NCBI GenBank assembly: GCA_014297435.1
Contig: JACOQA010000004.1
Coordinates: 76,180-140,179 of the forward strand
Direction of reading: 5' to 3'
DNA: 64,000 bases
From: Candidatus Nanohaloarchaea archaeon
Lineage (GTDB): Archaea; Nanohalarchaeota; Nanosalinia; Nanosalinales; Nanosalinaceae
Shown here: one piece after another, positions 21,451 through 29,922 of the stretch
Numbering within the stretch: the first letter of the stretch is position 1
Layout: the number at the start of each line of letters is the position of its first letter
Notes under the pieces: model-generated
Told to the model about the DNA's origin: nothing
Seen by the model: the letters and a program-made list of their open reading frames with translations, nothing else
Database searches by the model: none
Made by a program: the position numbers and the translations under genes

Positions 21451-21573
21451 ACACCCTTAGTTTAAGACCTATGCTTAAAACCGGTTGGATTCGGTTCGAG
21501 AACCGGTTTTTTCGGGGGATCGGAACCGTTTCATATTAAAAGCTGTTTCGTGAATTCTTCGACGTGATCTATA

Positions 21574-21774
21574 ATGAGTCTACCTAACGCACCTATCGAA
21601 AGAATTATCAGGAAGGCAGGAGCAGAAAGAGTTTCAGAAGGAGCTGTAGAAGAGCTTAAAGATGCTGTCGAAGAAGTTGGCGAAGAAATTGCACGTGACG
21701 CAATCGAAATGGCTGACCACGCAGGAAGAAAAACAGTCAAAGCGTCTGACGTGGAAATGTCGGCAGAGCGATAG
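21574..21774 (+). CDS. Archaeal histone (HMf-type singlet)
   Basis: LPNAPIERIIRKAGAERVS...HAGRKTVKASDV. Confidence 0.97.
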   Translation: MSLPNAPIERIIRKAGAERVSEGAVEELKDAVEEVGEEIARDAIEMADHAGRKTVKASDVEMSAER

Positions 21775-21783
21775 TGATAGAGA

Positions 21784-22167
21784 ATGCCGACACAGATTGA
21801 AGCAGGAAAAGTCAGAAACGGCACCTACGTCATGATTGACGAGGAGCCATGCGAAGTAAGAAGCGTTTCGAAGTCAAGCCCAGGAAAGCACGGAAGTGCG
21901 AAGGCGAAGATCAAGGCCAAAGAGATCTTCGGCGGCAAGAACAAGCACATCACCAAGCCTGTCGATTCGATGATGATGTCCCCGGACGTAGAGAACAAAG
22001 TGGGACAGGTTGTTTCGAAGGAAGGAACAATCGCTCAAGTAATGGACATGGACACGTACGAGACAGAGGAAATGGAACTTCCAGAAGACCTCACGATCTC
22101 AGAAGGAGAAGAGATCGAGTACAAGCAGATTGAAGACAGGAAGCTTTTCGAAGGCAAGAGGGAATAA
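21784..22167 (+). CDS. eif5a: Translation factor aIF-5A
   Basis: SPGKHGSAK hypusine-site motif. Confidence 0.97.
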   Translation: MPTQIEAGKVRNGTYVMIDEEPCEVRSVSKSSPGKHGSAKAKIKAKEIFGGKNKHITKPVDSMMMSPDVENKVGQVVSKEGTIAQVMDMDTYETEEMELPEDLTISEGEEIEYKQIEDRKLFEGKRE

Positions 22168-22239
22168 AACCCCCTCATTTATTTCTACACATCTTTTCTT
22201 TTTCGAAGGATTAAAGTGGTTCTCCTCAAATTTTAGTAC

Positions 22240-23586
22240 ATGAACTATCAACGCCTAAGAGAAAAAGTTCTCGAAAAACACTATCCCTCAGACGAAGAGA
22301 TTCAGGAACTAGAAAAACAGTATCAGGAGATATCGGAACTGATCGAGTCAGAGTTCGGTCTTGAAACCCACTTTGCAGGATCAGCATCCAGAGGAACCTG
22401 CATGAAGGGCGACCGAGATATCGATGTCTTCGTTCTATTCCCTGAAGGCACTGACACAAACACGTTAGAGGAGAAAGGACTAGAAATTGGAAGAAAGGTT
22501 TTCGAGGAAATCGGAAGAGATTATGAAGTGGACTACGCAGAACATCCCTACACGAAGGGAGAGATAAAAGAACATGAAGTCGAGATAGTGCCCTGTATCG
22601 ATACAGAAGCCGAGAATATTACTTCTAGTGTTGATAGAACCCCTCACCACTCTCGCTGGGTGAAGAATAACCTGGATTCAAAGCAGAGAGAAGATGTTGT
22701 AATGTTGAAAAGGTTCCTGAGATCTGAAGGCATCTACGGATCCTCTTTGAAGACCGAGGGTTTTTCCGGCTATCTCTGTGAAGTTTTGATAAACAAGTAC
22801 GGCAGCTTCCAAAATTTGACCGAAGAAGCGGTGAATTGGCGCGAGAAACCTGTTTTAGATCCTGAAGAACATCACGAAGAGCTTCCTGAAAAGTTGGAGA
22901 AAAAGTTCAGCGATGAAGCACTGATAGTGATCGATCCTGTGGACCCGGAGAGGAATGTTGCCTCAGTCTTAAGCAAGGAGAATCTTTCACGTTTCGTATT
23001 CGCTTGCTGGAAGTTCAAACAGAGTCCTGGAATAGATTTCTTCGAAATAGAAGAGAAAACTTACACCGAGTTTGAGGTAAAGCAGGAGGTGCAGGGTAGA
23101 GGAGACTTCCTTGTTCTCGAGTTCGAAAATGTCGATGAGGTAGAAGATATTGTCTATCCTCAGTTGAGGAAGACTCTTGGTCGGATCGAAGACGAACTAA
23201 AGAATAGAGATTTCCGTATATTCGATTCAGGTTTCCATGTAGGCGACAAAACCAGAATTTTCCTGGAATTAGAGAGAGAACTGCCTGAGATAGAGGAGAT
23301 GAAAGGTCCAAAGCTTTTCCATGGAGAGAAACACGTGGAAGAGTTCTGCTCCAAGTACGATAATGTCTTTGTCCAGGACGATAGGCTGGTCGCCAAAGTC
23401 GACCGTGAGTACGTGGATGGGAAACAGTTCCTACAGGAATTCCTAAGTTCTAATCTGGAAGAGAAAGGAATACCAGAAAATATTGAGGAGGAGCTAAGCG
23501 ATTATGGATTTGTTGATCCGCTGGATGGCGGGGAAAAATGGTTAAATTACTTGGGCGAGAAGCTGAGAGTAGAGGCTAAACAATAA
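22240..23586 (+). CDS. cca: CCA-adding enzyme (class I)
   Basis: GSASRGT...DIDVF, YAEHPY, VDRTPHH, GFSGYLCE, DPVDPERNVAS. Confidence 0.97.
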   Translation: MNYQRLREKVLEKHYPSDEEIQELEKQYQEISELIESEFGLETHFAGSASRGTCMKGDRDIDVFVLFPEGTDTNTLEEKGLEIGRKVFEEIGRDYEVDYAEHPYTKGEIKEHEVEIVPCIDTEAENITSSVDRTPHHSRWVKNNLDSKQREDVVMLKRFLRSEGIYGSSLKTEGFSGYLCEVLINKYGSFQNLTEEAVNWREKPVLDPEEHHEELPEKLEKKFSDEALIVIDPVDPERNVASVLSKENLSRFVFACWKFKQSPGIDFFEIEEKTYTEFEVKQEVQGRGDFLVLEFENVDEVEDIVYPQLRKTLGRIEDELKNRDFRIFDSGFHVGDKTRIFLELERELPEIEEMKGPKLFHGEKHVEEFCSKYDNVFVQDDRLVAKVDREYVDGKQFLQEFLSSNLEEKGIPENIEEELSDYGFVDPLDGGEKWLNYLGEKLRVEAKQ

Positions 23587-24155
23587 TGGGAGAAGTCAAC
23601 ATAATCATAGGTCTTTCAGGAGTTGGAAAAGGAACAGTTCTAGAACAGGCGATGCTAATCACTGACGAGGACTACAAGGTCATTAACTACGGCGACAGGA
23701 TGGTTGAAATCGCCAAGGACCAGAGACTCGTCGATTCAAGAGACGATCTGAAGAAATTGGATACTGAAACCAACAAACAGCTGCAGAAGGATGCTGCAGA
23801 GTCAATTTTCGACGATGCTGAGGATAACGATGTTATTGTCGAGACTCATGCCGCAATCCAGACACCTTTTGGCTATCTTCCCGGTCTTCCGAAATGGACG
23901 CTTGAAAATCTCGAGCCTTCTAAGATTATAATGCTTAGAGCTGAGCCCAAGGCGATTTATGAGAGAACCTTGGAGGACGATTCACGGGATCGCGAACATG
24001 AAGAGGTAGAACAGATCGAGGAGTACCAGGAAGTTGCGCGTGAAATGGCTTCGACAGGCGCAGTATTGACAGGAGCATATCTTTCTGTCATCGAGAACCC
24101 TGATGGTCATGCAGAGCAGGCTGCTGAAGATCTAATTGAGGTTCTTAGAGGTTAA
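23586..24155 (+). CDS. adkA: Archaeal adenylate kinase
   Basis: GLSGVGKGT, NYGD, ETH..I.TP.GYLPGLP. Confidence 0.95.
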   Translation: MGEVNIIIGLSGVGKGTVLEQAMLITDEDYKVINYGDRMVEIAKDQRLVDSRDDLKKLDTETNKQLQKDAAESIFDDAEDNDVIVETHAAIQTPFGYLPGLPKWTLENLEPSKIIMLRAEPKAIYERTLEDDSRDREHEEVEQIEEYQEVAREMASTGAVLTGAYLSVIENPDGHAEQAAEDLIEVLRG

Positions 24156-24859
24156 TCAAGGTAGAGTTCTGGTGAGAGCACCATCAAGTAAGTGGTGACC
24201 ACCGAACTCAATATTCTTCCTATAATGAAGCCTGCCTGACCGAACGATTTTACTACAGTCGATGAGCTGAACCAGAGACTTACTCCAAGCAGGATGAATG
24301 AGAGTACTGTCAACGATATCACAGCTGTTCTCTTTTCTTTGCTTCCCGCATATGATTTTTTCCAGCTTTTCAGCACGCCTTCCGTATCAAGAAGGGTGAC
24401 CGGCACGAAGTAAGAAGTATATGAGAGGAAGAACATCAGTACTAGAGTTATTGCTGGACCTACTATTCCAGCCCAAATTATTCCCTGTGAGTAGAAAACT
24501 ATTCCTATGGATGAGGGAAGTGCGATAAGGACCCCTATTAAGAGTAATGCTGTAGCAGCCTTCAGTAATTTGCCAATGTTGTGTGCTGCTTCGGAGAATC
24601 CTTTTTTCAGTCCCGAATTGTTTTTCACCATCGAGACCAGCATCAGCCATACGAAGAGACTTATTATGGATAGCAGGTACATACCTCCAAAACTTGCTGT
24701 TACCGCTGATGTAGAGAGTTGGTTCCCCGATGTGTAGTCGTTGAGAACTAGAATTAGGAAGGCTGAGCTGATCAGGCTTGAGACTATTCTTGGAAGGAAT
24801 AGTTTTGGTTGACCTGCCAGATTTTTGAGGCTTTTCTTCAGCACCTCGAGATTGTTCAT
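24152..24859 (-). CDS. Polytopic membrane protein
   Basis: About 6 TM segments. Confidence 0.75.
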   Translation of the reverse strand: MNNLEVLKKSLKNLAGQPKLFLPRIVSSLISSAFLILVLNDYTSGNQLSTSAVTASFGGMYLLSIISLFVWLMLVSMVKNNSGLKKGFSEAAHNIGKLLKAATALLLIGVLIALPSSIGIVFYSQGIIWAGIVGPAITLVLMFFLSYTSYFVPVTLLDTEGVLKSWKKSYAGSKEKRTAVISLTVLSFILLGVSLWFSSSTVVKSFGQAGFIIGRILSSVVTTYLMVLSPELYLD

Positions 24860-25054
24860 GTTCGTTTCTTGGGGAAGTGAAGATTAAATATTCAGGTCTG
24901 AGTTCGCAGGTTTTTGTTTCGAGTCCATGTAGATCGGTCGAAACCTTGAGAGGTTGTCACTAAGAATGGAACACAGTTTAACGCATCTTAAATCGTTTTC
25001 TTAGTTGTTATCAATCAAAATGATTAAAAGAGTTGTATTAAATCGTTTAGATAT

Positions 25055-25336
25055 ATGGCGAGCCTTTGGGACATCGGTAAAAGTACTGAGGAAAAGCTCG
25101 CCGATGACTTGAAGAGTAACGGCGAATTTCAAGAAATGGTCGAGCAGCATCGGCACAAGTTCGAAGACAGGTTCGAGCAAAATATGGAGGATGACGTTCC
25201 AACGCATCCATACAAGATCTACAGGAACATCGTTGAATCAAACGAACTCAGCGATGAAGAAAAGGTAGCACTTGAACAGATGAAAGACGAATTTTCTGAA
25301 AGATGGCAGAACCTGAAGAATCAACGAACTAACTAA
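25055..25336 (+). CDS. Hypothetical helical protein
   Basis: 93-aa ORF followed by a hairpin and T-tract. Confidence 0.7.
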   Translation: MASLWDIGKSTEEKLADDLKSNGEFQEMVEQHRHKFEDRFEQNMEDDVPTHPYKIYRNIVESNELSDEEKVALEQMKDEFSERWQNLKNQRTN

Positions 25337-25352
25337 AGATTCATCGGCGAGC

Positions 25353-25389
25353 AAAGGTCGGGGAGGGGAAATCCGACCTTTTTATTTTG
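25353..25389 (+). terminator. Hairpin plus T-tract terminator
   Basis: AAAGGTCGG(25353-61)/CCGACCTTT(25373-81) then TTATTTT. Confidence 0.65.
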
Positions 25390-25399
25390 TCCCGATTGA

Positions 25400-25690
25400 T
25401 TAGACTATCTCAACATAATTTCCATCAGATTCTTTCCTACCATCTTCAAGGATAAATTTGAGATCTGTCGTTAGGTCATCATCATGAACACTGAGCTTGT
25501 ATTCCTCGTGTTCAGATTCCAGGTTTTCTCTTAGTCTGGGGCTTTTTTCCATGTGCATTTCAGGTCCATAGGCGAAACCTTTCTTGTGTAGAACCTCTTT
25601 AGACTTGGAGTAGGCCTCCTCTGGCTCGTATGAATCAAATAAGTCCTCGAAACTTATCACCAAGTCATAGATGTCCGGATCCGACGACAT
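25400..25690 (-). CDS. Hypothetical acidic protein
   Basis: 96-aa ORF with TATTTAAT upstream. Confidence 0.6.
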   Translation of the reverse strand: MSSDPDIYDLVISFEDLFDSYEPEEAYSKSKEVLHKKGFAYGPEMHMEKSPRLRENLESEHEEYKLSVHDDDLTTDLKFILEDGRKESDGNYVEIV

Positions 25691-25721
25691 GTATTGTTAT
25701 TTAGAAGTAACAATTAAATAA

Positions 25722-27302
25722 TTAGTTGAGGTCCTTCACCATGTAAGGTCCTTCCTTCTCGTAGTCGAACTTTCTGTAATACTCCCTAGTTCCGACAGCT
25801 GAGATAACGACAATCTTGTCTTTTCCAAGTTCCCGGGCTTTTTCCTCGGCCGTTTCCATAAGTTTTGTTCCGTACCCCGTGTGTTGTGTGTCGCCTTCTT
25901 CTCCTATTTCTGTGGCGCTTCCCATAACCTTGAGCTGACGGATAATCAAGGTGTTCTCATCTATCTCAGACCTGAAAGATTCAGGTGGCGCCCTCAAGCG
26001 TGTAAAACCAAGTATGATATCCTGATCGGTATCCTCATAGCTTAGGAAGTACTCTTTTCCGCTGGATGCATCGTAACTTCTCTCAACAAGCTCGACTTCT
26101 TCAGGTTCCCGACCATGTTTAGCTTTCTGGTGTCCTACCTCTCTACATCTTATACATCTACATCTTTCTCCTTCTTTCTCCATCTCCTGCAAAGCCATCT
26201 GTCTCATGTTTGTTAATTGAGGGCCTGCATCAACCTCTGTGGAGGGAATATCACGCATCACACGTTTGACTCGTACGTGAGGAGGCATGTGGTTCTTCAG
26301 TACTTCTTTAAGTCGTTCCTTGGCTTCTTCACTTGAGATAGGTTCGAAGTCTCCTTCCTCATACTGTCTATAAAGCTCTGTTCCCTGAATGACCTCACAA
26401 GGATAGATTTTGACCTCGTCAGGCTGATAATCTTCGTTTGAGAAAGCTTCCTTGAACTTCTCGATATCTTCCTCATAGCCCTCACCAGGAAGACCAAGCA
26501 TCAAATGGTATGCAACTTTAAAACCGGCATTTTTGAGGCGTTTTGTGGCTTCAATTACTTTATCCATTCCGTGACCTCTGTTCGTTACTTCATGAGTCTC
26601 ATCGAAGACGGTCTGTACACCCATCTCGGTTCTAGTACCGCCCATTTCTAGTATGCGGTCAATATGTTTTGTTTCACAGATATCAGGTCTTGTCTCGAAG
26701 GTTACGCCTACGTTTCTGACCTGTGCAGTCTCGTTCATTTTCTGTGCTTCTTCAAGAGTTTCGGCATCATCCAGCCCGGATTCTTCTGGATACGTGTTGA
26801 ACGCGTCAAAAGCTCTTTTTACGAATTTTTTCTGGTAATCAGGATCCTGGAACGGGAAGGTTCCTCCCATAACGATAAGCTTTGATTTATCGATCGAGTG
26901 TCCGTTTTTCTCATACTGCTCCAGTCTATCTGTGGCCTGATCGTAGGGGTCGTACTGGTTTCTGATTGCACGTCTTGTCGCAGGTTCCTTCCCAGTGTAG
27001 CTCTGTGGTGCGTCCTTTCCTTTCGGACAGTAGATGCAGCCTCCGCCACACGGTGCTGGACGTGCCATAATCGCTATATTGGCTATACCGGAGATTGTAC
27101 GCATCGGCTTTGTCTTAAGAAGTTTTTCTGCCTCTTCCTCATCATCTTCAACAAATTTTAGGATATCCGAGTTCTTGGGCATTCCGTCGAAAGAGTGCTT
27201 TGAACAGAGGTCCTTTTTCCTCTGTTCGATCTCGTCCTTTGACTCAATTTCTCCGTTTTCGATCTCATCTATTATACCACGGGAGATTTTCTTCAGCGCC
27301 AT
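25722..27302 (-). CDS. elp3: tRNA U34 carboxymethyltransferase Elp3 (radical SAM + KAT)
   Basis: KPMRTISG, C...CIYCP, QSYTGKEPA, MGGTF, ETRPD, CRCIRCRE, QHTGYG..LM, GTREYYRK. Confidence 0.98.
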   Translation of the reverse strand: MALKKISRGIIDEIENGEIESKDEIEQRKKDLCSKHSFDGMPKNSDILKFVEDDEEEAEKLLKTKPMRTISGIANIAIMARPAPCGGGCIYCPKGKDAPQSYTGKEPATRRAIRNQYDPYDQATDRLEQYEKNGHSIDKSKLIVMGGTFPFQDPDYQKKFVKRAFDAFNTYPEESGLDDAETLEEAQKMNETAQVRNVGVTFETRPDICETKHIDRILEMGGTRTEMGVQTVFDETHEVTNRGHGMDKVIEATKRLKNAGFKVAYHLMLGLPGEGYEEDIEKFKEAFSNEDYQPDEVKIYPCEVIQGTELYRQYEEGDFEPISSEEAKERLKEVLKNHMPPHVRVKRVMRDIPSTEVDAGPQLTNMRQMALQEMEKEGERCRCIRCREVGHQKAKHGREPEEVELVERSYDASSGKEYFLSYEDTDQDIILGFTRLRAPPESFRSEIDENTLIIRQLKVMGSATEIGEEGDTQHTGYGTKLMETAEEKARELGKDKIVVISAVGTREYYRKFDYEKEGPYMVKDLN

Positions 27303-27355
27303 AGTACACAGCTCCGGATGAAATGTTAAAAAGAAAGCCCGAGTGCTGAAAACCT

Positions 27356-28213
27356 ATGAGAAAATACCTGATTTTACCGATTTTCCTAGTTTTAGTTGTA
27401 TCTCAAGCCTCTGCAGGATGGTTCGATAGTGGAGGACAGGCAGCAGTGATTAAGCTTAGTGGATCTATAACCCCTTCATCTCAAACCGGTTTAGGCGCAA
27501 CTAGTTCGATAACTCCTGAGAAGATCAGAAATCTTAATGCTCAAGCAATCCGTAACAACGCCCAGGCGATAATCTACGAATGGAATTCAGGTGGGGGAGC
27601 CGTAGTTGCCTCGAAGGAGATTAGACGCGAGATCGAGTCAGTGAAAATACCAACTGTCTGCCGCTTCCGTGATTTGGCGGCATCGGGCGCATATCTTGCC
27701 TCACTAAGCTGTGACCGTATTGTTGCCGATTCGGCTTCTATAACGGGAAGTATCGGCGTGAGAAGCTCTTACCTTGAGTTTTCCGGTCTACTCGATAAAT
27801 ACGGTGTCGAATATGTCAACATCTCTTCGGGCTCTCTGAAAGAAGCAGGCTCCCAGTTCACTAACCTTTCGGAACAGGAAAGACAGCTGCTTCAGGAAAA
27901 GGTGGATAAGCTTGGAAACCAGTTTATTTCGGAAGTTGCACAGGAGAGAGATCTTAACTCTTCGGAGGTCAAAAAGGTAGAGAAAGGACAGATTTTCCTT
28001 GGTTCTGAGGCTAAAAGACTCGGTCTTGTCGATACTTTGGGCGGTAGAAAGACCGCGGTTGATGTAGCAGGGAACATGACTGGAAGACAGCTCACAACTT
28101 TTGAAGTTGAGACTGGTTCCAGCTTCAGCTTTCTCTCGTTGCTTGGCTCTGATTCACTGTTGAAAAAGTTTCTATCTAACGGGGAAAGTCCTGTAAAGGC
28201 AGAATGGAGATAG
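27356..28213 (+). CDS. sppA: Signal peptide peptidase SppA (S49)
   Basis: NSGGG, AASGAY, TGSIGV, GLVDTLG. Confidence 0.93.
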   Translation: MRKYLILPIFLVLVVSQASAGWFDSGGQAAVIKLSGSITPSSQTGLGATSSITPEKIRNLNAQAIRNNAQAIIYEWNSGGGAVVASKEIRREIESVKIPTVCRFRDLAASGAYLASLSCDRIVADSASITGSIGVRSSYLEFSGLLDKYGVEYVNISSGSLKEAGSQFTNLSEQERQLLQEKVDKLGNQFISEVAQERDLNSSEVKKVEKGQIFLGSEAKRLGLVDTLGGRKTAVDVAGNMTGRQLTTFEVETGSSFSFLSLLGSDSLLKKFLSNGESPVKAEWR

Positions 28214-28263
28214 AAAGTAGGGACCGGAAACTGTGTGAAAAACAGTTTCAACGGGTAAAAAGA

Positions 28264-29106
28264 CTATTCTGGTTTCTCCGGTCCTTCAGGCGGTTCTTCT
28301 GAGTGATGCCAGAGCATGTCGAATACAGGCTCCATCGTATCCTGAGCCATGTGGTCTGACTTGGTCCAGAAAGCTGTGTCCTGTGTCTCGTGTACTTCGT
28401 CGTGTGTCATCGACATGGTTAATGCATCGTTGTCGATGATCGCAAATCTTCCCTCGGGTACGTCGAACTCGTCTTTACCTTCCATGTGTTTGACTTCTGC
28501 GTGTTCGGAAACTGCTTCGTATGCGTCCCTGTTCTTGTCAGTTACAGGCGCGAGAATCTTCAGGTTAACTCCTGCATCTTTGGCTTCTTCGATTACATCT
28601 GCATGGTTCTCGTAAAGGTTGTTCAGACCTTCTTCCGAGGTCGCGATCTTGATCGATTCCTCTGCTTCTTTGAACATGGTTCCCATGTGCTGGTTGATCT
28701 GGTGGTGTCCTTTGAGGGAGCCAGACATTTCCTCTGGTTCAACTAGTTCAAGACCCTGGTCGTAGAGGTCTTCTAGTTCGTTGACGGCTTCTGAGTCTTT
28801 GAAACTGTCAAGTTTTTCTAGTTTATCCTCCAGATCGCGCTCGTGGCTTTTCTTTATGTTTTCTATGGCTTGCTGAGGAGGGATTGCCACGTATTCCATA
28901 GGTTGGGAGGATTTGATTACTGCGAAGCCTTTCTCCGCTAGTGATTCGAGAACGTCGTAAGCTCTGGATCGAGGGACGTTTGTCATCTCCGACAGCTCTC
29001 CGGCTGTCGACACACTCCGCCCTAGGAGCGCTGAGTATATTTTTCTTTCATACATGTTCAATCCGATGTCTTCTAGCTTGTCCAGAGTTTCTTGGCTTGC
29101 GACCAT
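28264..29106 (-). CDS. TrmB-family transcriptional regulator
   Basis: GLNMYE, VPRSRAYDVLESLAEKGF, C-terminal effector domain. Start MVASQ after AGGTG. Confidence 0.93.
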   Translation of the reverse strand: MVASQETLDKLEDIGLNMYERKIYSALLGRSVSTAGELSEMTNVPRSRAYDVLESLAEKGFAVIKSSQPMEYVAIPPQQAIENIKKSHERDLEDKLEKLDSFKDSEAVNELEDLYDQGLELVEPEEMSGSLKGHHQINQHMGTMFKEAEESIKIATSEEGLNNLYENHADVIEEAKDAGVNLKILAPVTDKNRDAYEAVSEHAEVKHMEGKDEFDVPEGRFAIIDNDALTMSMTHDEVHETQDTAFWTKSDHMAQDTMEPVFDMLWHHSEEPPEGPEKPE

Positions 29107-29224
29107 GTTTTTTACACCTTCTATTAACAAAACTTTTCAGTACGGCAGTTATAAACCTTATCCGGCTGTTTACCGCCTGACCAGATAAGTTTATTATCGC
29201 CTAGTAATAATTACTACTGAAGAT

Positions 29225-29890
29225 TTATAAATACTTGTTCGCCCTCTTCCTGAGTTTAGTCAGAAAGCCTCCTGCCTTCTTTCCATAAATTTCTCTCTCC
29301 TCATGAAGACCTTTCCACTCAAGACCGTCAAAAGCCGAACCAACCTGATTTCCATAACCATCATAGAAACAGACCTCGTTCAAACCAAACTTGGAAGGTC
29401 TCTCGACTTCATCCAAAGAAAAGCCAAAACCCAGGATATCAAGAGGCTCTTTTCCTGTAGGCACACCAAACTGTTCAGAAACCCTTTCGGGATCAAAACC
29501 CCCGATCCAGCAAGAACCTATACCTTCTTCCTCAGCAACCAGCCTCATGTTCTGAACCGCACAAGCAGCCTCGGCATTACACGCCTCTCTTGCCATATGA
29601 TCGCTGAACCTGCGGGACATCCTGTCAATATCTCCCAGAATAATTACTGCAGTTGGAACCTCCTCCAACCTGTGGTCGCCCGCAGATTCTGAAAGAAACT
29701 CCTTCTTGTGCTCGTCCTCAACTACGATAAATTCAAGGCTTTGAACGTTTCCTGGCGAAGGCGCGTTCCTTCCCGCCTCCAGAACCTTCCCCATGGACTT
29801 CCGGGGGATAGTATCATCTTTACAGCTCCTGAAAGATTTGAGACCAAGCACTGAATCGAAGACGCTCATAATAAATTGGTTGGTGCCCAC
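29225..29890 (-). CDS. Nitroreductase family protein
   Basis: APSPGNVQ, NMRLVA..GIGSCWIG. Confidence 0.9.
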   Translation of the reverse strand: MGTNQFIMSVFDSVLGLKSFRSCKDDTIPRKSMGKVLEAGRNAPSPGNVQSLEFIVVEDEHKKEFLSESAGDHRLEEVPTAVIILGDIDRMSRRFSDHMAREACNAEAACAVQNMRLVAEEEGIGSCWIGGFDPERVSEQFGVPTGKEPLDILGFGFSLDEVERPSKFGLNEVCFYDGYGNQVGSAFDGLEWKGLHEEREIYGKKAGGFLTKLRKRANKYL

Positions 29891-29922
29891 GGTTTAAACC
29901 TTTCAGCCCGAAAAATTCTCTC

